IMG/VR virus record: IMGVR_UViG_3300025122_000009
Location: 1-64,000 of that record
DNA length: 64,000 nucleotides
Origin: a virus
Strand: one strand, 5' to 3'
Part shown: piece after piece, positions 56,337 through 64,000 of the stretch
Numbering within the stretch: position 1 is the first letter of the stretch
How the letters are laid out: every line of letters starts with the position of its first letter
The notes under the pieces: generated by a model
What the model saw: the letters and a program-made list of their open reading frames with translations, nothing else
Databases searched by the model: none
What the model was told of the DNA's origin: nothing
Made by a program: the position numbers and the translations under genes

Positions 56337-57697
56337 TGGAAAAAGTTGATTTTTCTAAATATGGGAAAGCTTTCCAAGAGGACCTGGCACAATTAATCCT
56401 GGAGGATAGATCCTTTTCAGATCAAATGCAAGAGGTTTTGAAGCTCGAATTCTTTGAATTTAGATATCTTCAAGTATTTATTGAAAAGATATTTGATTAT
56501 CGCAACAAGTATGGCGTTCATCCCACCAGCAAGATAATGATTACTCTCCTCCGCGCTTCTTTAGATGAGGAGAATGACGCGGTTAAGAAACAGGTTAGGG
56601 ATTATTTTGCGCGTATCCATAAAGCAGGATTCGGCGTCGATGGCGATGAATATATTAAGGAGACTTCGCTTGATTTTTGTCGAAAACAAAAGCTCAAGGA
56701 GGCAATGCTTGAATCGGTTAAGCTTTTAAAAAGTTCGTCTTTTGACGAGATTAGCGAAGTTATTAATCAGGCTCTAAAGCTGGGGAGTGATAATAAGTTT
56801 GGATACGATTATAAAGTAGACTTTGAAAAGCGATTTGAAATTAAAGCTCGCAATGCCGTCAGTACTGGGTGGAAAGAAGTTGATGACTTATGTAAGGGGG
56901 GCTTGGGAGAGGGAGAACTGGGAGTGGTTATTGCTCCTACCGGAGCGGGAAAATCAATGGCTTTGGTACACTTGGGGGCCGAGGCTGTAAAAGAAGGTAA
57001 AACTGTCATACACTATACTTTGGAATTGGGATCTACTATAATTGCATCGAGGTATGATAGTTGTATTACAGGCGTTCACTTGAAAGACCTCTTTTCTTTT
57101 AAAGAACAAATATTTGAAACTGTCCAAGAGTTGGAAGGAAATTTAATTATTAAGGAATACCCAACAAAATCAGCTTCGCCCACCACAATCAAGACTCATT
57201 TGGAGAAGCTTCGCCACCGGGGCATACCCATTGATATGATTATTGTTGATTATGGAGATTTATTGCGACCAAATGTGATAAGAAAAGAGAAAAGGCACGA
57301 ACTGGAAACTATTTACGAAGATTTGAGAGCCCTCGCTCAAGAATTTAAGTGTCCTTGTTATACGGCTAGTCAAACTAACAGGAGCGGCTTGAACGCGGAA
57401 GTAATTACAATGGAATCTATTTCAGAAGCTTTTAATAAATGCTTTGTAGCAGATTTTATCTTCTCCTTATCGCGCACCATCCAAGATAAAAACACCAACA
57501 GTGGGCGCCTTTTTATAGCTAAAAATAGAAATGGCCCGGACGGATTAATTTATCCTATATTTATGGACACGAGCAATGTGAAGATAAAGGTGCTTCCTTC
57601 GACTGGAGAAACGATGGATAGCGTTGTATCTAAAACGTCCAAAGAGCAGGGAGAACTTCTCAAAGAAAAATATAAGCAATTTAAAAAAGGTAAATAA
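56336..57697 (+). CDS. Replicative helicase (DnaB/gp41-like)
   Basis: APTGAGKS Walker A, YTLE, IIVDYGDL, ASQTNR, AKNRNG. Confidence 0.92.
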   Translation: MEKVDFSKYGKAFQEDLAQLILEDRSFSDQMQEVLKLEFFEFRYLQVFIEKIFDYRNKYGVHPTSKIMITLLRASLDEENDAVKKQVRDYFARIHKAGFGVDGDEYIKETSLDFCRKQKLKEAMLESVKLLKSSSFDEISEVINQALKLGSDNKFGYDYKVDFEKRFEIKARNAVSTGWKEVDDLCKGGLGEGELGVVIAPTGAGKSMALVHLGAEAVKEGKTVIHYTLELGSTIIASRYDSCITGVHLKDLFSFKEQIFETVQELEGNLIIKEYPTKSASPTTIKTHLEKLRHRGIPIDMIIVDYGDLLRPNVIRKEKRHELETIYEDLRALAQEFKCPCYTASQTNRSGLNAEVITMESISEAFNKCFVADFIFSLSRTIQDKNTNSGRLFIAKNRNGPDGLIYPIFMDTSNVKIKVLPSTGETMDSVVSKTSKEQGELLKEKYKQFKKGK

Positions 57698-57700
57698 AGG

Positions 57701-60118
57701 ATGTATAACGAAGAGGAAGTTGGGAGTGCCACTCTAGAATATTTTAGGGGGGACGAATTAGCAAAAAATGTTTTTATGACCAAATATTGTCTTAAAGACA
57801 AGAAAGGCGCCTTGTTGGAGAAAACGCCTGATGACATGCACCGCCGGCTGGCTAAAGAATTTGCTCGGATAGAAAAAAAGTTCGGAGGCAAAAGGGCTCT
57901 CTCTGAAAAAGAAGTTTATAGTTTTCTTAAAGACTTTAAATATATTGTACCTCAAGGTTCTCCGATGATGGGCATCGGAAATGATCATGTAAACGTTTCT
58001 TTGTCTAATTGTGTTGTGGTGGACTCTCCTGCCGATACTATTTCATCGATTATGGATGCGGGAAAAGACTTGGCTAACCTTTTTAAGAGGAGATGTGGCG
58101 TAGGGTTAGACATCTCCGAATTGCGTCCGGAAAACGCTATTGTTAATAATGCGGCTGGCACCACCACAGGAGCATGGAGCTTTGCTGATTTTTACTCATA
58201 TGTGTGTCGGATGGTGGGACAAAATGGGAGACGCGGCGCACTCATGATTTCTATGGATGTGCGGCATCCCGACATAGAACAATTCGTTGAAATGAAACAC
58301 GATTTAGCTAAAGTTACCGGTGCAAATGTCTCTGTAAAGATAAATAATTCTTTTGCAAAAGCTGTCGAAAATAAAGAGTCATTTACTTTACAGTTTCCTG
58401 TGGGATCCTCCAACCCCACTCACACAAAAGAAATTCAAGCGGAGGAGCTTTGGAATAAAATTGTAGAATCAGCAACCAAAACAGCAGAGCCCGGGCTCTT
58501 AATGTGGGATAACATAATTAATAATCTCCCAGCTCATTGTTATAAAGAGGATGGGTTTGAAACGCTCACCACCAACCCCTGTGGGGAAATACCCCTTTCA
58601 GCTTATGATTCATGTCGGTTGATCTCTATTAACTTAAAGCATCTGGTAAAAAGTTCTTTCACCTCTCACGCCTATTTTGACTTTGAAGAATTTGAGAGAG
58701 TAGTTTCAGTAGCGATGCGACTTTCTGATGATTTGATTGAGCTTGAGATAGAAAAACTAGAAAATATTATTGCTGTTTGTGACACGGCTGATGAGAAAGT
58801 GTTATGGGAAAAATTGTTGAAAGCGTGTAGGGAGGGCCGACGCACCGGACTCGGGACTCATGGTTTGGCAGATGCAATTGCTCGTCTTCAAACCTCATAT
58901 GATTCTGAACCGGCTTACAAAGTGATACACGGTATTTACGAAACTTTGCGTGATGCTGCGTACTCCGAAAGCGTACAATTGGCGCAAGAACGCGGAGCTT
59001 TTCCGATATTTAAATGGGAGAAAGAAGCGACTAACGAATTTATAGGGAGGCTTCCCGAGCAGCTGCGAGAGGCCATTAAAAAATTTGGTCGAAGAAATAT
59101 TTCCATCTTAACTAACGCGCCTACCGGGAGTGTTTCCATCATGTCACAAACTAGCTCGGGCCTGGAGCCAGTTTTTCGCAACTCTTATACACGACGAAGA
59201 AAATTAAGCCACAACGAACAGCATTTGGTACCCGATTTTGTGGACGATCTGGGAGACAAGTGGATAGAATATGAGGTTTTTCACCACAACGTGCAAGAAT
59301 GGCTGGAGGCGAATAGGGGAAAAGAAGTGCCTGATTTTTTTACCACCTCCGATCAGATCGATTGGAAGAGGCGCGTGGAGATTCAAGCCGTTATCCAACA
59401 AAGTATCGACCATTCTATCAGTTCTACCATTAATCTCCCCAAGGGGACCGACCCTTCGGTCGTGGGAGAATTATATTTGTTGGGATGGAGTTTGGGTCTT
59501 AAAGGTATAACGGTTTATGTAGACGGGTCACGCTCGGGAGTGCTGCTTACCAAAAAAGAAGAGGGTAATTTCCCTCAGAACGGGGCCCCCAAGCGCCCCA
59601 ATGAACTACCTTGCGCCATTCATCACACTACCATTCAGGGAGAAAAGTGGGTCGTGCTGGTGGGCCTCCTACAGGGTAAGCCTTATGAGGTAATGGGGGG
59701 TCTATCTAATTTGGTGGAAATCCCAAAAAAGTACAGTGACGGAGCTTTAATTAAAAATAGTTTTAAAACTAAAGACAGTCGCTATGATTTAAAATTTGGC
59801 GATAACGGAGACGAAGTGGTAATTCGTGATATTGTAAAAGTATTTGATAATGCAAACAATTCTGCTTTTACGCGAATGATTTCTTTGGCCCTTCGTCATG
59901 GAGCAAAGCCGAGCTTTTTGGTTGAACAGCTTTATAAAGATCGGGATAGTGACATGTTCTCGTTTTCTAAATGTATTGCCCGTATCTTAAAGAACTATAT
60001 TCAGGATGGGGAGAGGGCGAACGGGGACAAGACATGTGTAGAGTGTGGTGAAGAAGGAATGATATACCAAGATGGTTGTGTTACATGCCAAAAATGTGGT
60101 TTTGCAAAATGTGGTTAA
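57701..60118 (+). CDS. nrdJ: Class II (B12-dependent) ribonucleotide reductase
   Basis: LSNC, GRRGA, TNPCGEIPL, RRTGLG, APTGSVS, C-terminal CVEC/CQKC; no beta subunit gene follows. Confidence 0.88.
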   Translation: MYNEEEVGSATLEYFRGDELAKNVFMTKYCLKDKKGALLEKTPDDMHRRLAKEFARIEKKFGGKRALSEKEVYSFLKDFKYIVPQGSPMMGIGNDHVNVSLSNCVVVDSPADTISSIMDAGKDLANLFKRRCGVGLDISELRPENAIVNNAAGTTTGAWSFADFYSYVCRMVGQNGRRGALMISMDVRHPDIEQFVEMKHDLAKVTGANVSVKINNSFAKAVENKESFTLQFPVGSSNPTHTKEIQAEELWNKIVESATKTAEPGLLMWDNIINNLPAHCYKEDGFETLTTNPCGEIPLSAYDSCRLISINLKHLVKSSFTSHAYFDFEEFERVVSVAMRLSDDLIELEIEKLENIIAVCDTADEKVLWEKLLKACREGRRTGLGTHGLADAIARLQTSYDSEPAYKVIHGIYETLRDAAYSESVQLAQERGAFPIFKWEKEATNEFIGRLPEQLREAIKKFGRRNISILTNAPTGSVSIMSQTSSGLEPVFRNSYTRRRKLSHNEQHLVPDFVDDLGDKWIEYEVFHHNVQEWLEANRGKEVPDFFTTSDQIDWKRRVEIQAVIQQSIDHSISSTINLPKGTDPSVVGELYLLGWSLGLKGITVYVDGSRSGVLLTKKEEGNFPQNGAPKRPNELPCAIHHTTIQGEKWVVLVGLLQGKPYEVMGGLSNLVEIPKKYSDGALIKNSFKTKDSRYDLKFGDNGDEVVIRDIVKVFDNANNSAFTRMISLALRHGAKPSFLVEQLYKDRDSDMFSFSKCIARILKNYIQDGERANGDKTCVECGEEGMIYQDGCVTCQKCGFAKCG

Positions 60119-60125
60119 ATTTTAC

Positions 60126-60154
60126 TTGACAACTATGTTTAGGTATGATAGCAT
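60126..60154 (+). promoter_or_regulatory. Sigma70-like promoter
   Basis: TTGACA-17 nt-TAGCAT with TG extension. Confidence 0.6.
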
Positions 60155-60178
60155 GTGGGTTGTTAAGGAAAAAGGGTT

Positions 60179-60415
60179 ATGGATTTAACACATTTAGTCT
60201 CGGGGCCAAATCGAAAATCTGTATGTAATGCTAGTGTCACCCACTATTGGGTGACAATAGGAGAAGCACAGGCTAGTGCTGGCAACAATATTACAGTTCA
60301 ACTTGAATGTAAGCATTGTAAAAAGAGAATATATGAATTTTTAACCAGAGAAGAATATTTTTTATGTGAAAATCAACTTAAAAGGAGTCAAAATGAAACC
60401 AGTTCCCGTAATTGA
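60179..60415 (+). CDS. Small hypothetical protein, possible Zn binding
   Basis: C...H...CKHC; AAGGA RBS. Confidence 0.55.
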   Translation: MDLTHLVSGPNRKSVCNASVTHYWVTIGEAQASAGNNITVQLECKHCKKRIYEFLTREEYFLCENQLKRSQNETSSRN

Positions 60416-60683
60416 GGTTGTCATGGAGCAAAAACAAACGGACATTCAAAAAAAAGAAGAGCACATTACCAACTATATTAAATCGCTAGCTACTGTCGAA
60501 GAAGAGATGGAACCCTTTAAAGAACATAAGCGAGATTTGAAAAAGAGCTATGTAGAAAATGGGTGGCTCTCCAAAGAGGAAATCAGCATGGCGGTGAAGG
60601 CATATCGCCTCATGAAAGACGATGTTGATGTAGAACAATTGATGGATTTTTATGACCGTGTTTCTAAAACTGTGAGCAAATGA
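60393..60683 (+). CDS. Small dsDNA-binding protein (GapR/DUF2312 or T4 DsbA-like)
   Basis: YIKSLATVEEEMEPFKEHKRDLKKSYVENG helical pattern; AAGGAG RBS for ATG 60393. Confidence 0.5.
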   Translation: MKPVPVIEVVMEQKQTDIQKKEEHITNYIKSLATVEEEMEPFKEHKRDLKKSYVENGWLSKEEISMAVKAYRLMKDDVDVEQLMDFYDRVSKTVSK

Positions 60684-60690
60684 GGTTGAA

Positions 60691-61008
60691 ATGAACTTTT
60701 ATCCCTGTAGCAGATATCTGCTGGTAAAGACTATCCGCGAAGAGAGTGTTGAAGAAGAGCAGCGTGTATTGTTGCCGGAAGGCTACACTCCCTCGAAGAA
60801 GGAATTCGGGGCTTATATGGTTGTATCAGCAGCCCCCGAAGTAGCACTTAGTGTATTTCCTGGCGAGGTGGTTGTGGTAGAAGAAAGCATGGTGAGAGAA
60901 ATTAATTTTCAGGGGGAGACCCACCTTATTGTATTAGAAAATTATGTATGTGGAGTTCTTTCGCCGGATGGGAAGGAAGAGTTCTGGGAAGACTGTGAAA
61001 CGGTATAG
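60691..61008 (+). CDS. groES: GroES-like co-chaperonin
   Basis: PCSRYLLVK, VLLP, PGEVVVV, EINFQGETHLIVLENYVCG pattern. Confidence 0.7.
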   Translation: MNFYPCSRYLLVKTIREESVEEEQRVLLPEGYTPSKKEFGAYMVVSAAPEVALSVFPGEVVVVEESMVREINFQGETHLIVLENYVCGVLSPDGKEEFWEDCETV

Positions 61009-61034
61009 CTGATTATAATTAAAAAAGGAGTAGG

Positions 61035-62567
61035 ATGCTAAAAGTAAGAGATCGTGAAAAATATAAAAACATTTTAACCAATGAGGCATTATCTTTTGTG
61101 GAAGATCTGTCTCATCTGTTTGATGCCCGAATACATTCTGTATTAGAGTCTAGGGAATATACTCAGTTTTATTTTGATGCGGGTGAGAAACCTAATTTTT
61201 TATCTGAAACCCGAGAGATCCGCGAGAGCGATTGGATGGTGGGGGAAATCCCTGCCGAGATTATGGACAGGCGTGTTGAAATCACCGGTCCAGTTAACCG
61301 CAAAATGGTTATTAACGCCCTCAACTCAGGCGCCCGAGTTTTTATGGCCGATTTCGAAGATTCCAATTCCCCTACGTGGGAGAATTGTGTGGAAGGGCAG
61401 AACAATTTGTATGATGCTATTCGCGGGACTATTGACTATAGGGATCCCAAGACTGGCAAACACTACGCCCTTAATGACAACCCTGCGGTTTTGTTCGTGC
61501 GCCCGAGAGGACTTCATCTGGAAGAAAAAAATATATTGTGGAATGACAAGCCTATGCGTGCCAGTTTGTTTGATTTTGGCATGTATGTTTTCCATAATGC
61601 GCGCCACTTGGTAGAAAACGGTTCACGTCCTTATTTTTATCTACCGAAATTGGAGCACTATGCGGAAGCTAAAATTTGGGCTGATATTTTCCGTCATACC
61701 GAGAATTATTTTGGTATTCCAGAGGGGACGATTAAAGCCACAGTTCTCATAGAAACCCTCCCTGCTGCTTTTCAAATGGATGAAATTTTGTTTGCTCTTA
61801 AAGATCATTCTGCTGGACTGAATTGTGGACGATGGGACTATATTTTTAGCTTTATAAAGACTTGCAAGAACGACCCTCAGAGCGTGATGCCTGATAGAGA
61901 TCAAGTAACAATGACCCAGCATTTTATGAGAAGCTATACCCAACTTCTTATTTCTACCTGCCACCGCCGTGGTGCACATGCGATGGGAGGTATGGCGGCT
62001 CAAATTCCAATTAAAAATGATCCTGAAGCGAATGCGTCTGCCTTGGCGAAGGTCCGAGAGGATAAAATGCGGGAGGTGTGCGATGGACATGACGGGACGT
62101 GGGTGGCTCACCCGGGCCTGATCCCCATCGCTATGGAAGTTTTTGATACTCACATGAAAGAGTCTAATCAAATTCATAAACATTTGGATAATCTTAATGG
62201 ACCAATTGAAGCGCAGGATCTTTTGTGTGTCCCCAAAGGAACATGCACAGAGGCGGCTTTAAGAAAAAATATTAAAATTGGATTTGAGTATTTGAAGGCG
62301 TGGGTGAACGGTAACGGATGCGTGCCCCTTAATAATTTGATGGAGGATGCGGCTACTGCTGAAATTTCCCGCGCTCAAATTTGGCAATGGAGGAGGCATA
62401 ATGTTCAACTAGATAATGGACATAAAGTAACCTCTTCTTATTTGCGCCAGGTTTTAAAGGAGGAGTTGTCTGACGAAGAGGGTCAAGCTCGCAACTTGTT
62501 TGAGTCGCTTTGCCTTTCAGAAAAGTTGAGCGATTTTTTAACCCTAGAGGCGTATAAGGAGCTTTAA
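61035..62567 (+). CDS. aceB: Malate synthase A
   Basis: [59 protein letters not shown]. Confidence 0.97.
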   Translation: MLKVRDREKYKNILTNEALSFVEDLSHLFDARIHSVLESREYTQFYFDAGEKPNFLSETREIRESDWMVGEIPAEIMDRRVEITGPVNRKMVINALNSGARVFMADFEDSNSPTWENCVEGQNNLYDAIRGTIDYRDPKTGKHYALNDNPAVLFVRPRGLHLEEKNILWNDKPMRASLFDFGMYVFHNARHLVENGSRPYFYLPKLEHYAEAKIWADIFRHTENYFGIPEGTIKATVLIETLPAAFQMDEILFALKDHSAGLNCGRWDYIFSFIKTCKNDPQSVMPDRDQVTMTQHFMRSYTQLLISTCHRRGAHAMGGMAAQIPIKNDPEANASALAKVREDKMREVCDGHDGTWVAHPGLIPIAMEVFDTHMKESNQIHKHLDNLNGPIEAQDLLCVPKGTCTEAALRKNIKIGFEYLKAWVNGNGCVPLNNLMEDAATAEISRAQIWQWRRHNVQLDNGHKVTSSYLRQVLKEELSDEEGQARNLFESLCLSEKLSDFLTLEAYKEL

Positions 62568-62569
62568 AA

Positions 62570-63790
62570 ATGATTAAACGACCATATACTGAAGAAGATG
62601 TATCACTTTTGCGGGGCTCTTTAAGAGAGGAGCATACTTTGGCTAAAAGGGCAGCTAAGACTTTGAGGCGCCTGTTGAAAGAGGAAGACTATGTTCATGC
62701 TATGGGGGCATTAACAGGGGGTCAAGCAATGCAGATGGTTAAAGCGGGCACCAAAGCAATTTATTGTTCGGGATGGCAAGTGGCCGCTGACGCCAACGAT
62801 TCTCATGAAATGTACCCTGATCAGAGTTTGTACGCGGTACACAGTGTTCCCATGTTAGTCCAGAAGATTAACAATACGCTTCGCCGTGCCGACCAAGTTG
62901 AGTGGAGTGAAAACGACCGCATCCCCACACGGGATTGGTTTGCCCCTATTGTGGCTGATGCCGAAGCTGGCTTCGGAGGATCTTTGAACGCTTTTGAATT
63001 AATGAAGGCTATGATCCGCGCCGGCGCAGCCGGCGTTCATTTTGAAGATCAGCTGTCTTCCGCGAAGAAGTGTGGCCATCTGGGTGGAAAGGTGCTGGTG
63101 CCAGCTTCCGAGTTTATTAAGAAGCTTGTTGCTGCGCGGCTAGCTGCTGACGTGATGGGCACTCCTACGGTTATCATCGCTCGCACGGATGCTGATAGTG
63201 CTCGTTTGTTGACGTCTGATATCGATGAAGTTGATAAGCCTTTTATTGAGAGCAGAAATCGAACTTCAGAAGGATTTCATAGGATCACGGGCGGAATTGA
63301 TATGGCTATTGCGAGGGGTCTTCAATATGCTCCGTATGCTGACTTGTTGTGGTGCGAAACCAGCACTCCAGACTTGGAAGAGGCTAAAAAATTCGCTGAT
63401 GCGATCCACAAAAAATTTCCTGGTAAAATGCTAGCATACAATTGCTCTCCATCCTTTAATTGGCGCAAAAATTTAGACGATAAAACTATCGCCAAATTTC
63501 AGCGTGAGTTAGGAAAAATGGGATATAAATTTCAATTCATTACTTTGGCCGGTTTCCACAATCTCAACCATCACATGTTCCAGCTTGCGCTAGATTATAA
63601 CAAGCGCGATATGTTGGCTTATGCTGATTTGCAGGATGCGGAATTTGCCGCGCAGGAAATGGGCTATACGGCTCACAAGCACCAGAGGGAGGTGGGAACG
63701 GGATATTTTGACGCTGTTTCGCAGGTTATTTCATCCGGGGACCCCTCCACTCTAGCGTTGAAGAACTCTACCGAAGAGGATCAGTTTTAG
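62570..63790 (+). CDS. aceA: Isocitrate lyase
   Basis: [34 protein letters not shown] active-site motif, [17 protein letters not shown]. Confidence 0.97.
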   Translation: MIKRPYTEEDVSLLRGSLREEHTLAKRAAKTLRRLLKEEDYVHAMGALTGGQAMQMVKAGTKAIYCSGWQVAADANDSHEMYPDQSLYAVHSVPMLVQKINNTLRRADQVEWSENDRIPTRDWFAPIVADAEAGFGGSLNAFELMKAMIRAGAAGVHFEDQLSSAKKCGHLGGKVLVPASEFIKKLVAARLAADVMGTPTVIIARTDADSARLLTSDIDEVDKPFIESRNRTSEGFHRITGGIDMAIARGLQYAPYADLLWCETSTPDLEEAKKFADAIHKKFPGKMLAYNCSPSFNWRKNLDDKTIAKFQRELGKMGYKFQFITLAGFHNLNHHMFQLALDYNKRDMLAYADLQDAEFAAQEMGYTAHKHQREVGTGYFDAVSQVISSGDPSTLALKNSTEEDQF

Positions 63791-63806
63791 GAGTCTTTGA
63801 TGATCT

Positions 63807-64000
63807 TTGAAGCCTTTGACGCGGATTGCCGCCCTCTTGTTTGTATTGGGGAAAATATTTTGTTTTTTTACTATATTTTCTGTCTTTATAAACAGGGGGG
63901 CGGCAGAGGTTTGCCTCTTTATTTATATTGCATGTATAATTGGAGCCATTGTTTTATCTCTTGTAGATATGAGCCGAATTAAAAGAGAAGAACAAACTCC
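63807..64000 (+). CDS. Probable small two-TM membrane protein, 3'-truncated by the window
   Basis: Frame open from TTG 63807 to the end: MKPLTRIAALLFVLGKIFCFFTIFSVFINRGAAEVCLFIYIACIIGAIVLSLVDMSRIKREEQT. Confidence 0.4.
   Translation, partial: MKPLTRIAALLFVLGKIFCFFTIFSVFINRGAAEVCLFIYIACIIGAIVLSLVDMSRIKREEQT

Noticed and set aside
21721-60118. Introns or inteins in terminase, RecA, DnaB or RNR
   Set aside because: ORFs are continuous, of normal length, and show no intein or homing-endonuclease motifs.
63797-63982. 61-aa ORF from the track
   Set aside because: An overlapping frame from 63807 gives a more protein-like two-TM sequence that runs off the window.
1-64000. Genome-wide stop-codon reassignment
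   Set aside because: Long genes are intact in code 11 and TAA, TAG and TGA all end conserved genes; the in-frame TGA at 11984 is an isolated case.
1-64000. tRNA/rRNA genes or an integrase
   Set aside because: Intergenic gaps are short and no cloverleaf or recombinase motifs were recognised by eye.

Overview
A continuous 64 kb segment of a large lytic myovirus with T4-like head and tail genes; every credible gene is on the + strand. In order it contains: baseplate/virion proteins; RuvC and primase; an array of genes sharing an N-terminal MK(L/I)TKxxLKQIIKEE leader; a fused Mre11-Rad50 (gp47-gp46) nuclease; a lysis-like membrane cluster; a tail fibre; terminase, portal, prohead protease, ribosomal protein bS21, scaffold and major capsid; neck, sheath, tube, a frameshifted chaperone pair, tape measure and baseplate hub; then a replication block (short PolA-like protein, tubulin/FtsZ-like protein, SSB, RecA, 5'-3' exonuclease, DnaB, class II RNR, GroES) and a complete glyoxylate shunt (aceB-aceA). 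Two promoter classes are visible: sigma70-like sites before DNA-metabolism genes and a CTANTTA motif before virion genes. Best candidates for new biology: (1) a modular leader+cargo system of probable capsid-packaged, protease-matured proteins; (2) one unannotated member with an in-frame UGA right after the leader followed by a SECIS-like hairpin (possible phage selenoprotein); (3) a 36-aa, 10-Cys microprotein heading the array; (4) the phage-borne glyoxylate shunt. All assignments come from reading motifs by eye; no searches were run.
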